Of a stretch of 54,690 nucleotides of DNA, positions 37,101-43,954 are shown in pieces. The stretch is from a virus. Lineage: Duplodnaviria; Caudoviricetes. The position numbers and the translations under genes were made by a program. The notes beneath the pieces were generated by a model. The model saw nothing but the letters and a program-made list of their open reading frames with translations. It had not been told where the DNA came from and ran no database searches. Positions within the stretch are counted from its first letter, which is position 1. Each line of letters starts with the position of its first letter. The stretch is from positions 1 through 54,690 of IMG/VR virus record IMGVR_UViG_3300037246_000474. One strand, 5' to 3'.

Positions 37101-37216
37101 TGAGGACTAAGGTTCCATGTGGTAATATCCTGACTGTCTTTAAGCGTAGACGTGAAAGTACCAGATGTAAGATAAAGCTTATCATCGATTTCTCCACACC
37201 ACGTTATATCTGCCAT
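34154..37216 (-). CDS. repeat-rich tail/receptor-binding protein (3 x 5 beta-propeller blades + beta-stranded stalk)
   Basis: 15 copies of a ~44-aa unit TPWxG...KLYLQSGQFTSTLKTS...GISWDGTN, then many short GxIxLPxL repeats. Confidence 0.8.
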   Translation of the reverse strand: MADITWCGEIDDKLYLTSGTFTSTLKDSQDITTWNLSPQGVTYDLTNTPWVGKSPTDKLFLQSGQFTSTLKSSQDISSEDITPLDISWDGTNTPWAGSLTSKLYLQSGQFTSTVKTSQSVSAIESGLDGISYDGTNTPYCGYTDDKLYLQSGQFTSTLKTSEYVNAIDDSPQGISYTGTDTLWTGAGGDKLYITSGQFTSTIKTSESVGGVETVPTGVDTSDLAARLDLFVFSITDTPWVGITSDKLYLTSGQFSSTLRFSQSISGIELNAQGIAWDGTNTPYCGVNGERLYLQSGQYTSTLKTSEAVSSIDISPTGITWDRFNTPWIGSEAKKAYLTSGQFTSTIKTSEDVSSIDVIPTGISWDGTNTPWCGMAGDKIYIMSGQFSSTTKSSAFRNDVSGVSYTGTDTLAALDFQDKLFVMSGQVTTTVKTSQSVQSIDTVLKDLDTNDFDARVPINPDNSGSVAIDLPILTGFTPDAIDTPWCGIEADKLYLQSGRFTSTVKTSELVTTIDGVPTGISWDGTNTPWMGDEAHKLYLQSGQFTSTLKTSEDVAAIEIGTNDISWDGTDTPWVGQSGDKLYLTSGQFTSTLKTSRAVAGVDVAPTGISYDGTNTPWCGNSADKLYLQSGQFASTLKTSEYIGATDISPNGISWDGTNTLWVGFTSDKLFQQSGQFTSTIKTSEYVGGIDIHPLGIDTNAVTARLNTENDTPGDGAFDLPILSVDATAPAEFDPNNTGDSAIDLPILLVQGGSGATGEISLPLLEVASTGTPSATSGVVALPVMTIAANDLAPATATISFPILGIQSSSTQTGNIGTITIPILTVVAGDPIVNEGDLNLPVITVSAKADMPRGTIDITLPRFTFYTVGEQGSVENLDISMPMMTLNAFSGHPVDLTLPRFAITASGENGFVGTFSKSLPRMVINVKADQENIATFTNSLPQFSFNITGLQGIVSLSGGNRTLPMLDINAHAFKGENGNANITLPVLSLTTSAFANPNGTVAQSLFMLTLDAYADVYTNRFI
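35633..36144. repeat. 41-bp exact direct repeat inside the propeller gene
   Basis: CCATGGAGTGTTGGTTCCGTCCCATGAGATACCTGTGGGAA at 35633-35673 and 36104-36144; partial copies near 35370 and 36933. Confidence 0.85.
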
Positions 37217-37226
37217 TATATCTCCT

Positions 37227-38456
37227 TTAGGTTGCTGTTATATATTCTGATTTTGATGATGTTGCTATACAATCATAATCGACATTGACTACGTTGGGTC
37301 TGTTTGACCACCACCCTTCTGGAGCTATAAGGGCCATAGGCGTTCTGTCTATAGGTGTTGGTGATACCGTTGCCCAATCATCAAAGCTTGTGAATGTGAT
37401 AGTTATGGGTGTTTCGGCTATCCTTAACTCCCTTACCTGTTCTGTCATTTCTATTGCAAGCGCAAAACTGCTATTAGCGTTTTCAAATAAAGGCAAATAT
37501 GGAGTAGTATTTATAAGTATCTTTAATTTATCTTGTGGGGTATCCAGTCTTGCCGCATAAGCCTCCGCACCCATTGCCATCCTTTGGGTAGAAGTTGTTA
37601 TTGCTGCCCTATTTCCTGCCAGTATATATGCGATAAACGTTTCAACGTCAAAGAAATCAGTGATTTCGTATTCCCACACAGAATATCTTTGCCTATAGAA
37701 GAAACCCCTAAAACCAGAACTACCCAAATCTCCTTCATCGTCCCACCCTGGACCTTCATCAACGTAAATGTTTTGCTCTGCGTATACACTATCCGATACT
37801 GTAATCTCTGCAAACGGCTTTGCATTAACATCTGCAAGTGCCTCAGCGTTGACTTCGTCTTGATCTCGGTCAGGTTGAAGCGAACCTTCCCACGCATGGA
37901 AATCACTAATTCTCTCGAAGCTAGTTACATTCGTAGCGATGAGTCCTATTGCTGTTTGTACGAATTGGGACTTAAACGTGTTCCATGCTTTTACACTTAC
38001 ATCGAAAACACCGCTTTCTCTGTATTTGTGTGTTAGCTTGTTTGCGCCTCCTGTACCTCCTTGACCCTTACGTCCATCACCATATGATATTATAAGAGTT
38101 GATCTCACTAGGTCGTTAATTTTAGGTTCAAATCCTTCTGCGGTGAAGGTAAAAACTGTTTCGAGTGGAGAGGCTCCTTCTAGTACATCCCCAACAAAAC
38201 CGATGCTACAACCAACACCACCCTCTGCACATGAGTGTATCCTGATGAAGTCAGAACCGCCTATAGATAGTAGATGCACCCACACACAATCTCGGTCTAA
38301 GTAATGCACCCTCTTCATATATTGAAGCTTTCCTATCCTCATCACCTGTTTCATTTCAAACATGCGTCTCTTTGCTATGCCTACGTATGTACCTGCTCTC
38401 TGCCGATCTCCCGACAGAATTAATCCTCTCCCCGATTGTATGTTGATGTTTCTCAT
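37227..38456 (-). CDS. tail protein with PKD-like domain
   Basis: ISYGDG...THKYRESGVFDVSVKAWN. Confidence 0.7.
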   Translation of the reverse strand: MRNINIQSGRGLILSGDRQRAGTYVGIAKRRMFEMKQVMRIGKLQYMKRVHYLDRDCVWVHLLSIGGSDFIRIHSCAEGGVGCSIGFVGDVLEGASPLETVFTFTAEGFEPKINDLVRSTLIISYGDGRKGQGGTGGANKLTHKYRESGVFDVSVKAWNTFKSQFVQTAIGLIATNVTSFERISDFHAWEGSLQPDRDQDEVNAEALADVNAKPFAEITVSDSVYAEQNIYVDEGPGWDDEGDLGSSGFRGFFYRQRYSVWEYEITDFFDVETFIAYILAGNRAAITTSTQRMAMGAEAYAARLDTPQDKLKILINTTPYLPLFENANSSFALAIEMTEQVRELRIAETPITITFTSFDDWATVSPTPIDRTPMALIAPEGWWSNRPNVVNVDYDCIATSSKSEYITAT

Positions 38457-38472
38457 TATTTTAAGTGTATAT

Positions 38473-38518
38473 AAAAAAAGGGCCGACAGTATCAGCATAT
38501 GCCAACACTATCAGCCCT
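38473..38518 (-). terminator. intrinsic terminator
   Basis: AGGGCTGATAGTGTTGGC...GCTGATACTGTCGGCCCT followed by a T-run. Confidence 0.8.
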
Positions 38519-38545
38519 CGAATAAAACCTGCAAACGAAGGGCTT

Positions 38546-38611
38546 TGGTGAACTACCTTCTAAGGGGGAACAACAATGATATGGGGTATCAAAGTTCATG
38601 TCCAGTAGTTC
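38546..38611 (-). ncRNA. candidate CCA-tailed antisense RNA
   Basis: GAACTACT/GGTAGTTC stem + ACCA; internal CATTGTTGTTCCCCCTT complementary to the RBS at 41989-42005. Confidence 0.5.
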
Positions 38612-38621
38612 GTTAAAGACC

Positions 38622-39065
38622 TTACGCAGCAGGCATAGTGATGTCGAACGTATCAATCGTTGTCGTTGCAGCAGACGTAATTGATGTCGAACTCATATTC
38701 AATTCTGCACCAGATGTTGACACGGCACCCTGTATACGAATCTCAGAGGTACTTGTTCCATTAGCATCAGATGTACTCGCACAATACCTAAAGTATCCTG
38801 CCGTTCCAGTAGCTACAGCGACACCATCCCAAGTATTTGAGGACTTAGATAGTACTCCTGCGACTGCTGTGTTTAAGAAATGTAGGTTGTAGGCACTACC
38901 TGTAGACGTGTTAATTGTTACAAGCAATGTACCAGTTGCGGTGTCATCAGCCGTTGCAGGTGCAGAGCCAGACCAAATTCTGATCTCTCCTGCAGCAAGT
39001 AACGTATTCAGACCTGCGGTGTGTAGGATTCCTTGACGGAGTCCTGTGGATAGACTTAGAGTCAT
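38622..39065 (-). CDS. small Thr/Ala/Gly-rich virion structural protein
   Basis: IRIWSGSAPATADD...GTAGYFR...RIQGAV motif common in phage tail modules. Confidence 0.8.
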   Translation of the reverse strand: MTLSLSTGLRQGILHTAGLNTLLAAGEIRIWSGSAPATADDTATGTLLVTINTSTGSAYNLHFLNTAVAGVLSKSSNTWDGVAVATGTAGYFRYCASTSDANGTSTSEIRIQGAVSTSGAELNMSSTSITSAATTTIDTFDITMPAA

Positions 39066-39140
39066 AACTTTCTCCTTAAATAGTAAAGGTATTAAAATAA
39101 ATTAATTCGTCACCTCTAGCGTATTCGGGAGTTCTGGTCT

Positions 39141-39180
39141 AAGTACTAATTGGGTACTAATTGATACTAAATTAGTATTT
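39141..39180. promoter_or_regulatory. TACTAA(T) tandem/inverted repeat, candidate operator
   Basis: TACTAA at 39144, 39155 and 39165 plus the inverted repeat ATACTAA-A-TTAGTAT. Confidence 0.4.
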
Positions 39181-39226
39181 AGGGAGTCAGAGTCAAATTG
39201 CTAAATAGCATTATTCTCTTTGTTGC

Positions 39227-40165
39227 TTATGTCCACAATGATGCAATATACTGCGGTACACCACCTGTGATTTTAAATTGACCTGCACCGTAACGGTTTT
39301 GGGTCACTTCGTATTTAGTTGCTGTTAAATTGGTGAACCTTCCACTGTTCTCTCCAAGGCATATTCCTTTGCGTGAAGTCCATATCACTTTCTTACCTAC
39401 GTTCCCATCACCGACATAAGCGGATTTGGTCTTCACTGCAGTACCTTCAATCGCTCCATAGTGTGCAACTTCTCTTGAATGCATATCTACCGGAGTACTT
39501 CCTGTCAGAAACAAAATTGAGCTTCTGTCATTTATATCACCAATGGATACATACAATCCGTCATCCACTGCTTTCATCATAGTCACTTCATCCTTCATCT
39601 TAATGGCATTAGTTCTCATATCAATAACACCATGGTTATATGCATCAGTGTACCAGATTGTTTCGTTTTTCGCAATATACAATCTGCCGTTATAATACTC
39701 AATGTGTTGACCTGTCTTCGTAGCTACCTTGTAATTGTCAGAAGGTGTAGAGTACTGGTTATCAGCACCAGTTGAATCAATATACCCATTAACCGTAGCG
39801 TTTGAATAATAAACATTTTCATTGACATCTACAAAGCCCATTGGTTGGTTTCCGCAGTCAGTCCTTATTGTTGTAGAACTGTAATCTGACCACAATCTCT
39901 TTAGAGTAGTTCCGTCCATAAATAGACAGATACGATCATTGCTCCAAAGACTATGCATTTTATCGGAAGGAGTAAATATCCTCGTATACCCATTTCGCCT
40001 CTTCACCTTTCCTTCGTTATCTATATCGACATTCTCGCCCTCTGCCAGTTCACCTATCTCTAGGTTATTAGCATCAGCTACATTATTGATACCTGTGAAA
40101 TTCTGGAACGGTATCTCTGACCCACTAAGGCTTCTGTTCTTTGCATCTTCTCTATTTTTTGCCAT
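39227..40165 (-). CDS. tail nozzle/stabilisation-like beta-propeller protein
   Basis: FTGINN...ENVDIDNEGKVKRRNGY N-terminus typical of podovirus nozzle proteins. Confidence 0.7.
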   Translation of the reverse strand: MAKNREDAKNRSLSGSEIPFQNFTGINNVADANNLEIGELAEGENVDIDNEGKVKRRNGYTRIFTPSDKMHSLWSNDRICLFMDGTTLKRLWSDYSSTTIRTDCGNQPMGFVDVNENVYYSNATVNGYIDSTGADNQYSTPSDNYKVATKTGQHIEYYNGRLYIAKNETIWYTDAYNHGVIDMRTNAIKMKDEVTMMKAVDDGLYVSIGDINDRSSILFLTGSTPVDMHSREVAHYGAIEGTAVKTKSAYVGDGNVGKKVIWTSRKGICLGENSGRFTNLTATKYEVTQNRYGAGQFKITGGVPQYIASLWT

Positions 40166-40770
40166 TAGTCATTTAGTATTTTCTTAGAACCAAAGTATTT
40201 TTCAAATAATGCTAGATAGTCTGCGGCTTTATCTGTATTCAACGTCTCGGAATCATTCTTCAAATATGCCCTGTAGCACATCCATAAAACCAACCCTTGG
40301 TGATACCTAGAATCGATCTCCGGACTGCCATTTACCGTCATTGGAGTGGTTGGAAACCTCGAAACAGTCAGGTTCAATACAGAAGCCACTGAGGGTATCG
40401 GGTAGATGATTATGTTGTTAGTTGGGGTCATGACATAGCTTCGTGGTGTTCCTTCGGCTGTGCGCCATCCTGGGACGCTATTATCCAAGACTTTCTCCGA
40501 GGTTTCCATCAGAGGCTCTGAGCCGTTTGCCATCAGTGCTGATTTGACTGCTATCACTGTTGAAGCTATTCCGTAGGTGCCTGTTGTCGATGTCGTGACA
40601 ATACCAGTGAGTGCGCTTTCAGTATCGATTATAAGGTCGGCTCTCTCGCATGCTTCATTCTCAGCATCCTGTGCATACTCAAGCAACTCCAACTGTGACC
40701 ATAATTTGTCAGTAGTTGAATTGTCATCAAGCGTTCGTCTTGCTGATAACTCCATAGATGAAAAGTCCAT
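40165..40770 (-). CDS. head-tail adaptor-like protein
   Basis: ARRTLDD...WSQLELLEYAQDAENEAC...GTPRSY...IYPIP; start ATG 40770. Confidence 0.75.
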   Translation of the reverse strand: MDFSSMELSARRTLDDNSTTDKLWSQLELLEYAQDAENEACERADLIIDTESALTGIVTTSTTGTYGIASTVIAVKSALMANGSEPLMETSEKVLDNSVPGWRTAEGTPRSYVMTPTNNIIIYPIPSVASVLNLTVSRFPTTPMTVNGSPEIDSRYHQGLVLWMCYRAYLKNDSETLNTDKAADYLALFEKYFGSKKILND

Positions 40771-40859
40771 TATCTTCCTCTCTTGAATAAATAATACTTG
40801 AGCCACTTACCAGTGGAGGTCTTTGTTTTAAGCTTTTTCCTTCCGGATTTCCTCTTCAT
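40770..40859 (-). CDS. 29-aa highly basic peptide (not in the ORF track)
   Basis: MKRKSGRKKLKTKTSTGKWLKYYLFKRGR; TAATG overlaps at both ends. Confidence 0.55.
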   Translation of the reverse strand: MKRKSGRKKLKTKTSTGKWLKYYLFKRGR

Positions 40860-41521
40860 TAATCTACTACTACACTACGTGGTGACCTTACCCGTCCTAC
40901 AACAAATGATCTTGGCTTTACCTCTATCTCTTCACCATCTTTGGCGATCTCCACCTTGAGTCGGTTTCTACGCTTCTCGTAATCCCTCTCAAAGTATACC
41001 GCAAGCTCTGCATTAAATGCTTTCGGTGAAGTGTATATCTTCCACTTGACGTAAGATTTAACTGCCTCTTTATGTCTTCTCTCTATTCTTGGTGGAACCA
41101 CACCATCCACACTGTTAGGTTCTATAATAGCTTCTACTGAATAAGATGTAGCTGTATCTGGTGTGACATTGAAACGTATACCATTATCGCCATCGTATAT
41201 AGCTCCGTCAGGTGTTCCTGATCTTTGCTCCCATTCCGAATCCCTTTGGTCCATTGCTCTATTAGAAATCGGGTCCAGAGTCTTGTTATTGTATTTGGCT
41301 TGCCATAAACCAACCATGTCTGCATTGGCAGTCATAACTGAAACGGCATACGAGGCTGTATCTGCGGTAGTCGTTAAGCCTGTAACAGATTCCGTCCAAC
41401 AGGAAGTCTCTCTGCACAAGTCCTGTATACCATCAAGCATGAGTTGTTCAACGAATATATCCTTCGTATCTGGCAACTCGGCAATTATCTTTATCCTGAA
41501 ATCTAATATATTTAATGACAT
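40859..41521 (-). CDS. head-tail adaptor-like protein (paralog)
   Basis: DLCRETSCW...GTPDGAIYD...FNVTPD. Confidence 0.7.
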   Translation of the reverse strand: MSLNILDFRIKIIAELPDTKDIFVEQLMLDGIQDLCRETSCWTESVTGLTTTADTASYAVSVMTANADMVGLWQAKYNNKTLDPISNRAMDQRDSEWEQRSGTPDGAIYDGDNGIRFNVTPDTATSYSVEAIIEPNSVDGVVPPRIERRHKEAVKSYVKWKIYTSPKAFNAELAVYFERDYEKRRNRLKVEIAKDGEEIEVKPRSFVVGRVRSPRSVVVD

Positions 41522-41991
41522 TATAAGCGTTTTCCTTCTTCGTCAATCAGCCAACATTCGATTAAATCAGTCCTCTTTGCAAGCAGTTCTGTCCATTCAA
41601 ACACACGTCTGTTCTTCGGATTGAATATGTATTCCGGAGTAATCCTCGTCTCTCCTGTCTCTTTTATATTTACATTGCTACTGTTTGTGTCTGTTGGTAT
41701 TTCTAATTTATTTTTAATAAGAAGAACGACCTCAGTCCTGAGCATCTTAAGTCTCTTGCTCAAATCAAGTCTCTTTCCCAAACGAGAGTCTGTATACTTT
41801 TGCAATCCCATCTTGTCCATCTCAACAACTTTCAGTATATCTTCTCTGCAGACCAACTCTGGTCTATTTGGTTCTTTGCCCTCACCGATAGCCAATGACT
41901 CTTCACTCTGATTTGTGTCTTTTGATTTCTCTGCAACCGCAGTCGCACCCTGTTCAAGCTGATCGATTAAATCATCCTCTGGATTTCCCAT
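41521..41991 (-). CDS. conserved hypothetical head-module protein
   Basis: AAGGGGGA SD; C-terminal VFEWTELLAKRTDL. Confidence 0.75.
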   Translation of the reverse strand: MGNPEDDLIDQLEQGATAVAEKSKDTNQSEESLAIGEGKEPNRPELVCREDILKVVEMDKMGLQKYTDSRLGKRLDLSKRLKMLRTEVVLLIKNKLEIPTDTNSSNVNIKETGETRITPEYIFNPKNRRVFEWTELLAKRTDLIECWLIDEEGKRL

Positions 41992-42019
41992 TGTTGTTCC
42001 CCCTTGACATTATTATTAT

Positions 42020-42066
42020 AAAACTAAGGGAAGGAGAGGCCTCGAAAGCTATTCTCCCTCCCTCAG
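42020..42066 (-). terminator. hairpin/terminator after the capsid genes
   Basis: CTGAGGGAGGGAGA...TCTCCTTCCCTTAG followed by TTTT. Confidence 0.6.
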
Positions 42067-42084
42067 ATAATTTACATCTACGGC

Positions 42085-42546
42085 TTAAAATGCAGTGTCA
42101 TTACCTGGGTCAGCTATAAAACCCCAAGCTCCAACTCTGATCTTTGCAGCATCCAGATCGGCAACTGGTATGATGTCAATCGTGTCAGCTACAGGATAAA
42201 ATTTTCCTCTACCACTGTTTCTCGCACCATATACTGCAGTAGTGCTACAGAAGTCAGTAGAAGTAGTGTTCAGATTACACATTGTAGTTGTTAGCCAACC
42301 ATCAGTGTCTACTCCGTCACCCACTTGACATGGTGTAGAAGTTGGCCACTCAGCAACCTGTGTCTCAACAAATACTCCCATGCAGAAGAACCCTGCAGGA
42401 ACATTAAGCATCTGCAATACATCTGCAGCAGTTACAGTGTTAGCTGCAACGCTAAAGTCCCTCGTTCTTTGGAGCAACACCATCTTCGGCATATCCTTCT
42501 CTGATATACCTTGAGAGCCTCCAAGTGTTAAATTTCTAAGTGCCAT
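42085..42546 (-). CDS. capsid decoration/cement-like protein
   Basis: follows the MCP gene; ADVLQMLNVPAG...VGDGVDTDGW. Confidence 0.65.
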   Translation of the reverse strand: MALRNLTLGGSQGISEKDMPKMVLLQRTRDFSVAANTVTAADVLQMLNVPAGFFCMGVFVETQVAEWPTSTPCQVGDGVDTDGWLTTTMCNLNTTSTDFCSTTAVYGARNSGRGKFYPVADTIDIIPVADLDAAKIRVGAWGFIADPGNDTAF

Positions 42547-42590
42547 CGTTAATCCTCCTTTATGAAAAATAATAGAATAATATAATCAGC

Positions 42591-43466
42591 TTACACCTTA
42601 GTTGCTGGCATGTAAACTCCGGCTTCTGGTTTCGTTGCCTTGTAACCATATACCTTTAGACCCCTGATAGCGTCTCCGAAGCTGTTCTGCAATCTCAATG
42701 TTTCAGTCTTTACAAACTGAGAAGCGAAAGAGATGAAGTGCTTCGTTCCTGCCATACAGTGGAAGGTTCCGCTTGCAGCAACTCCTGTGAGAGCGATGTT
42801 GTTACTGTTGTACAGCGTAAACCTATCGATCATACCAAGTCTACCGTTCCTCATTATAGAGGTTCCATCTCCGGCAAGTGATGCATCCTTAAGATCAGAC
42901 TGCTTTATCATACCTGCAATCCATGGCGGTATTACCAACCAACGTCCTGCTTCTGGAACATTTGCTTCATCCAGTGCAGTACCTGCATTGATTATCCATA
43001 CCAATACATTAGACGCTGTAACAACCGTTGATGCCAGTACGTTAGCTGCGTCAGTGTACACGTTACCCAAAACATCTTGGTCAACGACAATCTTCATCTG
43101 CTCAGATGCGTCTTGAGTAGTTTTGTTTACAATCGCAATGTCAGACTGAACTTCGTCAATGTCATCTACCTTAAATGCAAAGTATTTGGCCTTGTCGATA
43201 AGCAATTCAATCTTGTCATCTTCTAAGTCTTGGTAGTTGATTGTACCACCAATTCCGTAGTCTCCAATGGTAACTGTTGGAATAGCTCTGATTATGACCT
43301 TACTACCAGAACCCTTGATCTCACCTTCCCAATCATGGTTAGCGATCTCTCCCAATACTGTTGATGCATAGAACTTCGCCTGCATCTTCTTAGACCATAT
43401 TTCAGGTATAAAATTACCATTAGGTAACGAACTATATCCTGCGGCAACTGATACGTGTCTTCCCAT
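42591..43466 (-). CDS. major capsid protein (P22 coat-like)
   Basis: NFIPEIWS...EGEI...GSKVII; GRWLVIPP; GDAIRGLKVYG. Confidence 0.9.
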   Translation of the reverse strand: MGRHVSVAAGYSSLPNGNFIPEIWSKKMQAKFYASTVLGEIANHDWEGEIKGSGSKVIIRAIPTVTIGDYGIGGTINYQDLEDDKIELLIDKAKYFAFKVDDIDEVQSDIAIVNKTTQDASEQMKIVVDQDVLGNVYTDAANVLASTVVTASNVLVWIINAGTALDEANVPEAGRWLVIPPWIAGMIKQSDLKDASLAGDGTSIMRNGRLGMIDRFTLYNSNNIALTGVAASGTFHCMAGTKHFISFASQFVKTETLRLQNSFGDAIRGLKVYGYKATKPEAGVYMPATKV

Positions 43467-43615
43467 CTCTAGTTCTCCTAAATTAATTAATAATTACGTG
43501 TTAAAATAATGCTCACATTCTTATTAGCTCGTTTAGGAGTTGTGGTCACTTGTTCCCCAACAAAATGAGAATCACAGTTAAACCGCCAATACTTTGCCCT
43601 GTGAATGGGCTACTT

Positions 43616-43936
43616 CTACTGTAGAAAAAGCTTACCGTCAGCGACATCCTTATCGATCAGGTGTTCGATTTTGATAAACTCTTCCAATTCCATATCTTCA
43701 ATTTGACTTCTTGAATACTTGCTAAAAACTTCATCGTCTTCGCCAAGTATGGTTCTTATCTTTTTCAGTTTTGCCTTAAGAGATATATTCTCCGTGGCAT
43801 CAACATTCGCCTGACCCTTCCACTCGTCTCGGTTTTTCTCCGCTTTTCTGAGCCTGTATCTAAGGTCATCGGTAGTGTATGATTTTGATACTTCTATACG
43901 TTTACTTCCAAGCAACTTCTTTAATATCCCAAACAT
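43616..43936 (-). CDS. small protein carrying a copy of the scaffold C-terminal motif
   Basis: YSRSQIEDMELEEFIKIEHLIDKDVADGKL versus scaffold FTRSQINNMDDAEFAKNEDAIDRAMASGQI. Confidence 0.7.
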   Translation of the reverse strand: MFGILKKLLGSKRIEVSKSYTTDDLRYRLRKAEKNRDEWKGQANVDATENISLKAKLKKIRTILGEDDEVFSKYSRSQIEDMELEEFIKIEHLIDKDVADGKLFLQ

Positions 43937-43954
43937 TTTTATTCCCCAATAAAA

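Noticed and set aside
34154-37216. CRISPR array or DGR template/variable repeats
   Set aside because: The repeats are in-frame coding units, differences are not adenine-specific, and no cas or reverse transcriptase gene is in the window
38576-38608. Plus-strand 10-aa ORF MIWGIKVHVQ behind the SD-like 17-mer
   Set aside because: No plus-strand promoter is evident and it is antisense to the late operon; not excluded, but unsupported
38562-42005. Invertible segment bounded by the 17-bp inverted repeat
   Set aside because: No recombinase is seen, and inversion would reverse essential structural genes; RNA pairing is the simpler explanation
43570-43612. c-di-GMP-I riboswitch (CACAGGGCAAA)
   Set aside because: The following GNRA hairpin and GCAAAGC/P2 elements are missing
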